A program made the position numbers and the translations under genes. The notes beneath the pieces were generated by a model. It ran no database searches and had not been told where the DNA came from. It was given only the letters and a program-made list of their open reading frames with translations. Of a DNA stretch of 64,000 bases, positions 39,601 to 47,101 are shown in pieces; the stretch's first letter is position 1; each line of letters opens with the position of its first letter. The DNA lies in IMG/VR virus record IMGVR_UViG_3300036790_000396, positions 32,001 to 96,000 of that record; one strand, 5' to 3'. The DNA comes from a virus.

Positions 39601-39679
39601 CGCCGGCCAGGTGCACTGGTGCCGCGGGAAGGACTGGCAGCCTGTCCCGCTGGGCCGCGCGCCTGCTAAGGTTAATTGA
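36671..39679 (+). CDS. Multi-domain protein: Pol-beta nucleotidyltransferase, ParB/Srx, NUDIX, ART-like, 2H phosphoesterase
   Basis: MGS...GDLDV; ADGHHR; GGALGHGETPEEGAVREGEEELG; VWRG..MHWT..EHEI; HVT (39269) and HLT (39533). Confidence 0.88.
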   Translation: MSSRQAAWTPSERIFGRTWGLDHRLFSGDRMRPEVRRTLLARLDSALEPVLGPQWQVFTRAYLMGSQASRWTSPELEGNGDLDVILAVDPGHPHEDAGHINGILRRTFDRGDWHPPFDPRGTYDLTGYVNPLAWNVTDISPYAAYDLTGDRFAVDPPDLPDWSPDQFPQGKALLQEGRALGAQARALLRMPEPFRSQEARRLWDYIRSGRDEGFAPGGLGWQSAGNVLEKMLDQMPGNLVGRLKEAVYGRQVTAGAYDWAADEGPYTWEEIGDRYPRVYGEDSGDSEGIGWAASHLYHDRPGHSQDDSTGEESADDMEFHPRTVDPARIDYMRSEPGDPRVTRARRGYESQQPEKVPPLILVHRNGVFMPADGHHRAEGAARARKPVRAYVAYSPHDAEPFSDGERGPFNGAGTRERPPLTDQDGRQFRISYPGFPHTAETEIPPREASLLSHFAAWEDEYDDDHGDGQDPDRYVECDQGHRHWGAAGAAGLLIRHKRPSGEHEYLLQKRSPYVQHGGTWSTPGGALGHGETPEEGAVREGEEELGGLPDDLWHSHTSHDEHGGWKYSTVVMDSPRRFEPEGGGESDWEHGGHGWFTPEEMKDLPLHPGFAASWDRVRKSGALRQAVVDPASLPRDQLNGITRARVYYPPGQSEDRRLLDVASRPRPGTRVWRGELRPEGENPGNVQSVGMHWTVNPRALLLRGNEPGWRQHVWQGVVDDFGSQAFPRSHDVWRAVRSGDGEHEIRFRPGARVRLEGAYVSGSGTGDRREPMGILDPLHPESTDPRWEWHPMDRPVTVRHRPGAPGSPSRGGADYASLGISHEGVAHDDSNPYLMVAVVPPEHVSAALAESMEPLTRHDPEPPEEHHVTMLYLGKEKDHTPAQRAKLPGLVREWASCQQPFTVRVQGAGTFANEGEHTVHALVDMPDGHHLRTSLEEHLAGHGISWPRDHGFAPHLTLAYSQQPVRFLPSVPRSEWTAGQVHWCRGKDWQPVPLGRAPAKVN

Positions 39680-39681
39680 TA
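39664..39681. promoter_or_regulatory. Operator copy TGCTAA-ggttaa-TTGATA
   Basis: Overlaps the upstream stop and the ATG at 39681. Confidence 0.55.
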
Positions 39682-39941
39682 TGAACGACCTCAGCATGAA
39701 GCCCGGCATGTCCCGTGAGGACCGTACCGCGATCCGCCAGCGCATCGAGGACGAGCTGGTGCAGGCGGCCCGCGCCCAGGCAGTCCGCCTGTCCCGCTCC
39801 CCGCGCTGTGCCGCTGTCGCCCCGGAACTGCCGCGTCCCGGGGGAATGACCGGGGACCAGGCGAAAGCCGAGCACGCGAAATGCCTTGCCGAGATGTCAG
39901 GGAACGGGTGCCTGTGCCCGTGCCATGACCCGGACGAGTAG
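39681..39941 (+). CDS. hypothetical protein with C-terminal CLCPCH motif
   Basis: Start ATG 39681 or the next in-frame ATG. Confidence 0.65.
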   Translation: MNDLSMKPGMSREDRTAIRQRIEDELVQAARAQAVRLSRSPRCAAVAPELPRPGGMTGDQAKAEHAKCLAEMSGNGCLCPCHDPDE

Positions 39942-39942
39942 C

Positions 39943-40185
39943 ATGCCCGGTCCTGAGACGGGGACCGGCCGCTACCGGGACATCGCCGGCGGCCAGTCCG
40001 CTGCCGCCGTCCCGGCCGGTACCCGCAAGGTGGTTGACGGGCTGCGAGAATACCGGGCGTGGCGCGGCATGCGCGATCCCCTCGTGAAAGCCGCTCTCGC
40101 CGCTGGCATTCCCGTGCACCGCATCTGCGAGGAATCCGGTCTCCACAAGGACACGGTGCGCCGCATTAAGGACGGTCACAGATGA
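39943..40185 (+). CDS. small HTH DNA-binding protein
   Basis: RDPLVKAALAAGIPVHRICEESGLHKDTVRRI. Confidence 0.7.
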   Translation: MPGPETGTGRYRDIAGGQSAAAVPAGTRKVVDGLREYRAWRGMRDPLVKAALAAGIPVHRICEESGLHKDTVRRIKDGHR

Positions 40186-40415
40186 AATCTGCGGAGTACC
40201 CTCAGAGAAAATGCCGGGAGCGAGTCCCCGGCGACTTTCAGGATTACCTGTGCCCTATCCGCGAGCACCACGCCGGGCCGTGTGCCGCATTCGAGGTCCC
40301 GCGTTCGGTCCAGGCCCGCGATAAATGGGAAGAGGCTCATCCCTCCTGGGAGAAGATGAGCGTATTCGACGATCCTTTCGCCGAGGCTGAGAAGATCATG
40401 AAGGGGGAACAGTGA
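40182..40415 (+). CDS. hypothetical protein
   Basis: ATGA overlap; C..C..H..C motif. Confidence 0.7.
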   Translation: MKSAEYPQRKCRERVPGDFQDYLCPIREHHAGPCAAFEVPRSVQARDKWEEAHPSWEKMSVFDDPFAEAEKIMKGEQ

Positions 40416-40561
40416 TCACTCTTCACCTATGGTCCGTGATCAGCATCGGGACCGCCGGCATTCTCGTCGGCATTATTCTCGGTGCCTGCGCGCTGATGGC
40501 CGGGATCCGCTCCGGCGAGCGCCGCCGTACCGTGCGGGCGCGAAGGGAATGGACGCCGTGA
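40412..40561 (+). CDS. 49-aa single-TM membrane protein, not in the ORF track
   Basis: GTGA overlap; MITLHLWSVISIGTAGILVGIILGACALMAG followed by a basic tail. Confidence 0.6.
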   Translation: MITLHLWSVISIGTAGILVGIILGACALMAGIRSGERRRTVRARREWTP

Positions 40562-41178
40562 CCGGCAGCCGCATCCTGCGGCCGGTGCCGCTGTCGCATC
40601 GCAGGATACTCGGCGCCTATGCCTCCGCGGCACTCGTCTTCTCCGAGAAAGAGCTGGACGACGATGATCCCGGGACTGAGCGGCGCAAGTTCCTCGCCGA
40701 GTTCAGCACGACCGTGCTGTCCGGGCGGCGCATCGAGCAGCATCCCTCCGTCACCCACCAGGTGCCCGCCTCGTGGTGGCAGCATCTCAAGGACGACTGC
40801 CTCCCTGCCTGGGCGCGGCGGCGCTGGCCCGTCCGCTACCGCGAGCTGAAGACCACCCTGCTGCTGGAGCAGGACATTCTCTTTCCCTATGCCGATTTCG
40901 TTCCGCCGCCGCCGGACCAGTTCGGCCGTCCCGTCCTGTGGGAGAGCCTCTCCGCCGAGAGCGGCCCGGGGATCCTCCAGCAGGGAGAGGGCCGGTTCCT
41001 GGACCGGCTCGACGTCCTGCACTACTTCTACCTGTGGCTGGAGCGGACGCGCCCGGCAGGCACGCGCGTCGTCCGGGACCCGTACGAGATCATCGCGCAG
41101 TTCTTCGAGTGGCTGGAGCTGTCGGGCGTGAACCCGGACGAGCTGGTGTGCCGCGGCTACGAGAAGAGGCCGCTGTGA
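40549..41178 (+). CDS. hypothetical protein
   Basis: Start ATG 40549 or GTG 40558. Confidence 0.7.
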   Translation: MDAVTGSRILRPVPLSHRRILGAYASAALVFSEKELDDDDPGTERRKFLAEFSTTVLSGRRIEQHPSVTHQVPASWWQHLKDDCLPAWARRRWPVRYRELKTTLLLEQDILFPYADFVPPPPDQFGRPVLWESLSAESGPGILQQGEGRFLDRLDVLHYFYLWLERTRPAGTRVVRDPYEIIAQFFEWLELSGVNPDELVCRGYEKRPL

Positions 41179-41801
41179 GCCCGCAGGAGGAAGACGCTGC
41201 CGTGGGAATGGCCGCGCTGCTGGCCGATCCCCGGCTGCGGGAGATCAGCAGCTGCCGCGACGGCGGTTTCGTTCCCTCCTCGGGCCCTCCCCGCGCTCCC
41301 GTCATGCTCGTCGGCGAGGCGCCGGGCGAGGAGGAGGCCCGGCAGGCAAAGCCGTTCTGCGGCCCGTCTGGTGCTTTCCTGGACGAGATGCTGGCGCTGG
41401 CCGGGATCGAGCGGCGCCTCTGCTACGCCGCCAATGTCGTCCCGTTCCGGCCGCCCGGCAACCGGACGCCGTTCCCGTCCGAGATCGGCGCGTGCATGCC
41501 CAGGCTGGAAACGGAAATCTCCTTCGTCTCCCCGGTCCTGATCATCGCCCTGGGCGCGACCGCGTGGAAGGCGCTGGGCGGCCCGCGCAGCGTCACGGCG
41601 ATGCACGGGCAGAGGACGCAGTACCGCCAGGGTGCCGGTGCGAATATCCTGGTGCCCGTGACGCGAACGGCCCCGGCTGAGTTCAGCTGCTCGCTCATGT
41701 GCTCCTACCACCCGGCCGCCGCCCTGCGCGACCGCGTCCGCGACAGGGAGATGCGCGAGGACTTCACGGAGCTGCGGAATATCCTGGAGAGGAAGAAATG
41801 A
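41175..41801 (+). CDS. Uracil-DNA glycosylase, family 4-like
   Basis: VGEAPGEEE...PFCGPSG, NVV.FRPPGNRTP, LGATA, YHPAA. Confidence 0.9.
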   Translation: MSPQEEDAAVGMAALLADPRLREISSCRDGGFVPSSGPPRAPVMLVGEAPGEEEARQAKPFCGPSGAFLDEMLALAGIERRLCYAANVVPFRPPGNRTPFPSEIGACMPRLETEISFVSPVLIIALGATAWKALGGPRSVTAMHGQRTQYRQGAGANILVPVTRTAPAEFSCSLMCSYHPAAALRDRVRDREMREDFTELRNILERKK

Positions 41802-41959
41802 TTCCCGTCATCGTGTCTGCCGTGCTCCTGGTCGAGACGGTTGCCAACACCGTCGTCTACTTCTGGCAGAAGTCAGTGATCTCCCGCCTGAACCGGGAAA
41901 CCGGGGGCCTGCGGGAGCATATCCGCGAGCTGCAGGAAACGATGGACCGGCAGTGGTGA
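41798..41959 (+). CDS. small membrane/coiled-coil protein
   Basis: ATGA overlap; hydrophobic N-terminus. Confidence 0.6.
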   Translation: MIPVIVSAVLLVETVANTVVYFWQKSVISRLNRETGGLREHIRELQETMDRQW

Positions 41960-42471
41960 CTGACAGCATCATCTCGCAGCCGGGCGAGCCGGGCGAGCCC
42001 GACGACACCGTCGAGACCGAGTGGTGTCCCCTCGGCCAGTGGCCGTCCGACATCGCCGCGGTGCGCCGCACGATAGAGGAATGCGACGAGGTGATCCCCC
42101 TCCTGGAGAACGCCTCCGACGACTTCGCCGTCCACACGGCCCTGGACTTCGTCCGGACCGTCCGCGGGGAGGCCAAGGCCGCCCTGGCCATGGGGCTGCT
42201 GGCCATGCACCGCATCGAGCTGCCCGAGCGCGGGGACTGGAAGACGCCCCAGGAGATGATCCAGGCGAACCTCCGCAAGGTCGCTGAGGACGCGAAGGCC
42301 CGCCAGGACATCCGCCCGGAGGACGTCGGCATGAAGCAGCCGCCCGCGTCCCGTGCCCGCCTGCGCTCCAGCCTCGGAAGTAACGGAGGCGATGGCGATG
42401 GCAGGGATCACGGGCAACCTCGACACGGACACGGTGTGCCCGGCATGCCACCTTCCGGTCCCTCTCGGTGA
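41956..42471 (+). CDS. hypothetical protein
   Basis: GTGA overlap; strong codon bias. Confidence 0.65.
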   Translation: MTDSIISQPGEPGEPDDTVETEWCPLGQWPSDIAAVRRTIEECDEVIPLLENASDDFAVHTALDFVRTVRGEAKAALAMGLLAMHRIELPERGDWKTPQEMIQANLRKVAEDAKARQDIRPEDVGMKQPPASRARLRSSLGSNGGDGDGRDHGQPRHGHGVPGMPPSGPSR

Positions 42472-42847
42472 CCCTCTTGCTTACGGGCGCCACCTGGCAT
42501 GCCAGGAGGCCCGGGTTCCCGACGGCACCGGGGACGCTGTTGCTGCCGCTGACGCTGCCCTCGGCCGCGGCGGCCGGGTCAGCATCTCCAAGACCCACCT
42601 GCGCGCTCTCGCCCTGGCAGCATCGGTCTCCCCGGTGCGCCATCCCGACAGGGGCACCCGGGGAGTGAAATGGTACGGGCGGCTGCCCGGGTGGTCAGCC
42701 GCCCGCGTGGAGCAGGGCCTTGCCCTGGATGAGGTCGCCGGCATGTGGCTCGACGCCCTCGACACCGGCCGCACCCCGCCCGTCAGCCACGGGCACCTCC
42801 GCATGATCGCGGAGGCGGCCCGCATGGCGCTAGCTGCCCCCGCCTGA
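42392..42847 (+). CDS. hypothetical protein with CPAC...HLAC Zn motif
   Basis: GGAGG RBS before ATG 42392. Confidence 0.65.
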   Translation: MAMAGITGNLDTDTVCPACHLPVPLGDPLAYGRHLACQEARVPDGTGDAVAAADAALGRGGRVSISKTHLRALALAASVSPVRHPDRGTRGVKWYGRLPGWSAARVEQGLALDEVAGMWLDALDTGRTPPVSHGHLRMIAEAARMALAAPA

Positions 42848-43369
42848 CTCAGCTTCCGCGATGTGCGCCGCGATTGCGGGCAGCACGTCCGACCGGAACC
42901 ACTCGCCTGCTTTCTTCCCGCTGCGGCCCAGGTCTTCGAGCCCCTCGAACTGCCGGCGGATCTCGCCGGTGAACTCGTTGCGCCAGCACCACGGGACATC
43001 CCCCTGGCTGAGCCACTGCCCGAACTGGGCGACGAGGCGCGCGTGCAGGTCCCCGCATCCGCCTTCCGGGCCCTGGTAGCCGTAGCCGGTATCGATGCTG
43101 ACGCTGATCCAGCAGGGAGGATCAGGCTCGCAGCTGCTGTCCTCGCCGGACACGGCGACGGCCCCGGCGGCTGTGTACGGCTTCTCCCCCTGCGGGTCCC
43201 CGTAGGTGATCACCCACGCGCTGAATCCCTGCCCTGGCTCGTTAACCAGGCCGTCGGGATCCTCCCGGACCTTCGCAGTCTCCGGGATGCCGGCCAGCTC
43301 GTTCATCTTCGCGTGGGCGGCACGGATGCTCACCTTGTCCTGCACGTAGATCTTGGTAGACAGTGTCAT
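42830..43369 (-). CDS. hypothetical protein
   Basis: Last gene of leftward island 1; GAAGGA RBS. Confidence 0.8.
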   Translation of the reverse strand: MTLSTKIYVQDKVSIRAAHAKMNELAGIPETAKVREDPDGLVNEPGQGFSAWVITYGDPQGEKPYTAAGAVAVSGEDSSCEPDPPCWISVSIDTGYGYQGPEGGCGDLHARLVAQFGQWLSQGDVPWCWRNEFTGEIRRQFEGLEDLGRSGKKAGEWFRSDVLPAIAAHIAEAESGGGS

Positions 43370-43812
43370 GATCGTGTTCCTTCTCCGGTGATGCGGGGGA
43401 TCCGGCGCACCGTGGCGACCGCCGAGTGCTCCCGGAACCGCCAGCCGTCTGCGTGCTCGAAGCCGCCGGCGGCGAGCAGGGCGTCCAGGTCGGACCGCGG
43501 GCTGGACGCGGCTCCGCCGCCTTCCGGTGCCTGCGACCTGGTGTAGGCGAGCCTGCCGTCAGTGTCGGTGATGTCAATCTTGCGGTAGAGGGGGTGCTCC
43601 GTGAAGTACCCGAACGCCTGCAGGGGACGGTCGGCCCTCGCAGCGGCGCGCTTGTCCAGGGCCGCGATCAGCGCCATGGTGAACTCCGGGCGCCAGCCCT
43701 CGAACGCGGTCTCGTATTCCTCCTCGATGTAAGCGAGGACGGGCATGTTTCTTTCCTGCGCCTCGCTGATGAGGAAATCGGCGGAGGCGCCTTCCGGGAT
43801 GCTTCCGGTCAT
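43366..43812 (-). CDS. hypothetical protein
   Basis: AAGGA RBS, ATG 43812, ATGA coupling. Confidence 0.7.
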   Translation of the reverse strand: MTGSIPEGASADFLISEAQERNMPVLAYIEEEYETAFEGWRPEFTMALIAALDKRAAARADRPLQAFGYFTEHPLYRKIDITDTDGRLAYTRSQAPEGGGAASSPRSDLDALLAAGGFEHADGWRFREHSAVATVRRIPRITGEGTRS

Positions 43813-43822
43813 GAGGGGGTCC

Positions 43823-44374
43823 TTACCGTGAGACCGTGGGAACGGGAATGTCGGGCGATATCTCCCGGCCGCCGCCGTCACCCCAGCGGCACCACGGGCA
43901 CCAGGGCTGCAGGCGCTTGTGGATCTCGGTGATCACGACGGAAGAGAAAGAGCAGGCGAACATGACCGCGAGGCCGATGCTGTCGGCCCGGTGATCTTTC
44001 ACGAGAAAGAGGAACACGAGCCATGCGGCGGTTACCGGGACCGGGAAAAAGCGCCAGCGGGAATGAGAGAACCGGAGCGCCCACCGCCGCCGGGAAGCTT
44101 TCTCCTGGGCGTTAACCGGAAGCTTTCTCAGGCAGCGCTCGCACAGCCGGCGCGAGTGCGCGAAGACATCAGCGAACATGGATGCCAGGAACGCGTAGAG
44201 CACGACGTCGCCGGGGATGTAGAAAGGGCTCGCGGAACTGAGGGGAAGGACCGCCTGCACGACGACGACGGCAAATCCCGCTGCCATGAAGCCCGGGCAG
44301 TAATGGCCGCCCCACATCAGGAGCCGGTCCAGCCAGGGGGGAAGCTCGCGGCCTCCCGGTGCCAGCACGGGCAT
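43823..44374 (-). CDS. multi-pass membrane protein
   Basis: About 4 hydrophobic segments; H...CERC and H...CPWC motifs. Confidence 0.75.
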   Translation of the reverse strand: MPVLAPGGRELPPWLDRLLMWGGHYCPGFMAAGFAVVVVQAVLPLSSASPFYIPGDVVLYAFLASMFADVFAHSRRLCERCLRKLPVNAQEKASRRRWALRFSHSRWRFFPVPVTAAWLVFLFLVKDHRADSIGLAVMFACSFSSVVITEIHKRLQPWCPWCRWGDGGGREISPDIPVPTVSR

Positions 44375-44646
44375 CAGCGGTTTCCTTTCCTCAGTCTCGC
44401 GATGATCTCCCGGCCCTCATCCGTGAGGCGGTCCGTGAAGACCAGGATTCCCCGGCGCTCGGTCAGGCCACCCCTTTCCAGGCGCTGCAGCAGCGTCATG
44501 GCTGCCATCGGCCCGATGACGGCATCTCCCCTGTCGTGCTTCATCGAGCGCACGAGAACGGTTTCTTCCTCGCCCTCGCTGCGGGCGACGGCGCGGAGCG
44601 CCTGGAGCATCCTGGCCGTGATGACGGTCCCGTTGCGGCTTCTCAC
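44374..44646 (-). CDS. small winged-helix-like protein
   Basis: TLLQRLERGGL...LTDEGRE; GTGA coupling. Confidence 0.55.
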   Translation of the reverse strand: MRSRNGTVITARMLQALRAVARSEGEEETVLVRSMKHDRGDAVIGPMAAMTLLQRLERGGLTERRGILVFTDRLTDEGREIIARLRKGNR

Positions 44647-44870
44647 AGCGCTACCCGCACGATCCGCGTCTTCACCCAGTACCAGCCGTCGAAGTTCCAC
44701 TCGACCTGGCCGCCGGCGCAGTGGTACCGCTCGTGCGCCTGCGCCTTCAGCTGCACCTGGCGGATCGTCTCGTCCGGTCGCGTGTCGCCCGACCGCAGCA
44801 GGTGCTCGCGCAGCTCCCCGCGCGTGAGGCGCACCAGGTGATCCTCCGGCACGCTGATGGTGCTTCCCAT
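44643..44870 (-). CDS. hypothetical protein
   Basis: AAGGAG RBS. Confidence 0.7.
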   Translation of the reverse strand: MGSTISVPEDHLVRLTRGELREHLLRSGDTRPDETIRQVQLKAQAHERYHCAGGQVEWNFDGWYWVKTRIVRVAL

Positions 44871-44983
44871 TACTTCTCCTTCAGGATGCGGTCGCTCAGC
44901 CGGCTGAACACCATCATGGCGAGGGTGCCGCCCGCAGCGACAAGAGCGAGGACGGCGAGGATGCGCGCGCTTCCTTCCCTTTT

Positions 44984-45005
44984 ACTGTACCAATGTTTAT
45001 TGATA
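44984..45005. promoter_or_regulatory. Operator TACCAA-tgttta-TTGATA with leftward extended -10 TGgTACAGT
   Basis: Divergent junction. Confidence 0.8.
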
Positions 45006-45065
45006 AAAGCTAGTCATTGCCGAAGCCGCCCCGGAAGGACAGAAGACCACCGTGAGGGAGAACGC

Positions 45066-46574
45066 ATGGACGAGCAGCGCGGCGCCCTGCTCCGGGCTAT
45101 CACCGCGGCGCGCACCGGGGGCGATCAGGCCGCAGCCGTCGCTGCCCTCGACCGGCATGACCGGATGCAGCGCCAGGCGGCAGCCGGAGACCGGGAGCTT
45201 GACCTTTCCGCGACCGCTGTCAGGCAGGCGCTGGCCCCGGTCGCGGTGCACGAGCACCACACCGCCGCCACCGACTGGCTCGGCGAGATCCCCGAGCCGT
45301 CCCCGGACTTCCGGACGGCGATGATCGCCCAGGCCGGCTCCTGGTACCGCAGTGTCCCCGCCGAGGTCCGCGCCGACGGCGAGGAGTTCGCCGAGCAGGC
45401 GCGGCTGCGCGCCTACACCGCCGCCTCCTCCTACGGCGACGCCGCGCTCCCGGCCCGGCGCGAGTTCCTGCAGGCGGTCGGCTACCTGTCCCGCGGCGCC
45501 GCATCGGGCCTCCCGCAGGTCGACCAGGTCATCGACCCGAACAACCAGCCGTCCCCCACGCCGTACCCGACCGAGGTCTTCGACAACTTCGCGCCGCAGC
45601 AGAACGATTTCAACGCGCCGGTGGAGTCGCCGGACCACCAGAGCCAGGTTTCCAGCGAGCAGGCCCCCATGCTGCAGCAGGTCCAGCAGCAGGACGGGTC
45701 CGGATCCGGGTTCGGCAGCGGCCCCGAGCTGCCCGACCAGCACGACACGGCGATGGACACCCAGTACGGCTACGCCGAGGTGCCGCTGGGCCCTCCCGGC
45801 GTCATCCCCACCGTCCCCGCGGCCACCGATCAGGGCGGCGCGATGCCGCAGGGCCAGAGCACTCCCAACCCCGTCGCCGGGTCGGACCAGGTCGCCGATG
45901 CGGAGCCTCTCGATGACGAGGACGTGCAGCCGGGAGCCCGGAGCGCGTCGCTGACGCCCCCGGACTGGCAGGGGTACCGCTGGCGCACCGCCATGGCGCA
46001 GCCGCCGCTGGACGCCCCCTGGCACGCGCGCTGCGGCTCCCTGCACTGGCCCACGGACCCGTGCGGGAGCCAGGGGCACACCGCCGCCGTCTCCTGGGCG
46101 CAGACCGCCGAGACGTTCGCCCGGACCGCCTCCCTCCAGGCAGGGGGCTTCGCGGAGGGCACGCAGGTGATGGCCGCCGCCCGGATGAGCGTCCCCGCCG
46201 TCGCCTCGCACCACAACCAGCTCCTGGGCGCCTTCACCGCCGCCGCCCGCACCGAGGACGAGGTCCACTGGCTGCACGGCTACCTCGCCGCCGTCCGCCC
46301 CCTCCTCGCCTCGGCCGGCAAGTGCTCCGGCTGCGGCGGCTCCTGCCGCCAGGACCAGGACAAGTGCGAGGCCTGCCGGCAGAAGGAGAAGACCGCTTCC
46401 CTCCGCGCGCTCGCCAACCAGTACATCAAGCAGCGCGGGGACAAATGGGTCATCCTGCAGAAGGGCACCGGCAAGGTCCTCTCCCACCATGACTCGCAGG
46501 AGAAGGCGGAGGCCAGCTTCCGTGCCATGATGCAGTCCAAGCACGGCTCCCGGGGGCGCCTGGATTTTCAGTAG
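45066..46574 (+). CDS. Probable head/prohead-associated low-complexity protein
   Basis: GAGGGAG RBS; Pro/Gln/Asp-rich; CSGC..CEAC; recurrent R/K-x-A linkers; lies between terL and the portal gene. Confidence 0.75.
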   Translation: MDEQRGALLRAITAARTGGDQAAAVAALDRHDRMQRQAAAGDRELDLSATAVRQALAPVAVHEHHTAATDWLGEIPEPSPDFRTAMIAQAGSWYRSVPAEVRADGEEFAEQARLRAYTAASSYGDAALPARREFLQAVGYLSRGAASGLPQVDQVIDPNNQPSPTPYPTEVFDNFAPQQNDFNAPVESPDHQSQVSSEQAPMLQQVQQQDGSGSGFGSGPELPDQHDTAMDTQYGYAEVPLGPPGVIPTVPAATDQGGAMPQGQSTPNPVAGSDQVADAEPLDDEDVQPGARSASLTPPDWQGYRWRTAMAQPPLDAPWHARCGSLHWPTDPCGSQGHTAAVSWAQTAETFARTASLQAGGFAEGTQVMAAARMSVPAVASHHNQLLGAFTAAARTEDEVHWLHGYLAAVRPLLASAGKCSGCGGSCRQDQDKCEACRQKEKTASLRALANQYIKQRGDKWVILQKGTGKVLSHHDSQEKAEASFRAMMQSKHGSRGRLDFQ

Positions 46575-46603
46575 CCGCCGGATGGCAGCCCGCTGCCGCC
46601 GGC
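46562..46603 (+). other. Putative programmed -1 ribosomal frameshift signal
   Basis: In-phase G GAT TTT (46562-46568) just before TAG; hairpin 46577-46603; -1 frame open to 47101. Confidence 0.65.
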
Positions 46604-47101
46604 CCGCTCAGCCGCGAGGCCGTCTCCCGGGAGACCGAGCATCACGTCACCCAGTACGACCCCGAACGTCTCCGCGGCCACCTGGAGAGCGAGCACTCCA
46701 GCTACGGACTGCTGGGGCGCACGGTCCCCAGCGATCCCGCAGGGATGGAGCAGGCGCACCGCAGCGCGCACGAGCGCGAGGACCCGTTCTTCGGCGCGTG
46801 GCACGGGAACACCGAGCCCGCTGACCCGCAGGACTTCACGGCGATGCACGCCGAGCACCCCGACGAGGAAGACCACTACCGCGCCTACGAGACCGGCGAG
46901 CACCAGCCCCACGGCCTCGGCGCCCACCTGCTGAACGATCACGGCTACACGCCGCAGGCGGTCGAGGAGTCCTGGAAGGGCTACGACCCGGACGAGCCCC
47001 GCGACCCGTCGCTGGGCTTCCACCGGCTGCGCGAGATGCACCGGCAGGCGCACGACTACGAGCACGACGTCTACGGCGTGAACCCCTGGAGGAGCCAGTG
47101 A
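46568..47101 (+). CDS. His-rich -1 frame extension of the 45066 protein (ORF track starts it at 46745)
   Basis: 59 sense codons with no start codon upstream of ATG 46745; contain the SREAV linker and LRGHLESEH motif. Confidence 0.65.
   Translation, partial: SVAAGWQPAAAGPLSREAVSRETEHHVTQYDPERLRGHLESEHSSYGLLGRTVPSDPAGMEQAHRSAHEREDPFFGAWHGNTEPADPQDFTAMHAEHPDEEDHYRAYETGEHQPHGLGAHLLNDHGYTPQAVEESWKGYDPDEPRDPSLGFHRLREMHRQAHDYEHDVYGVNPWRSQ

Noticed and set aside
44870-44970. Small hydrophobic minus-strand frame (RILAVLALVAAGGTLAMMVFSRLSDRILKEK*)
   Set aside because: No ATG, GTG or TTG ahead of the hydrophobic segment; possibly a decayed gene; not called
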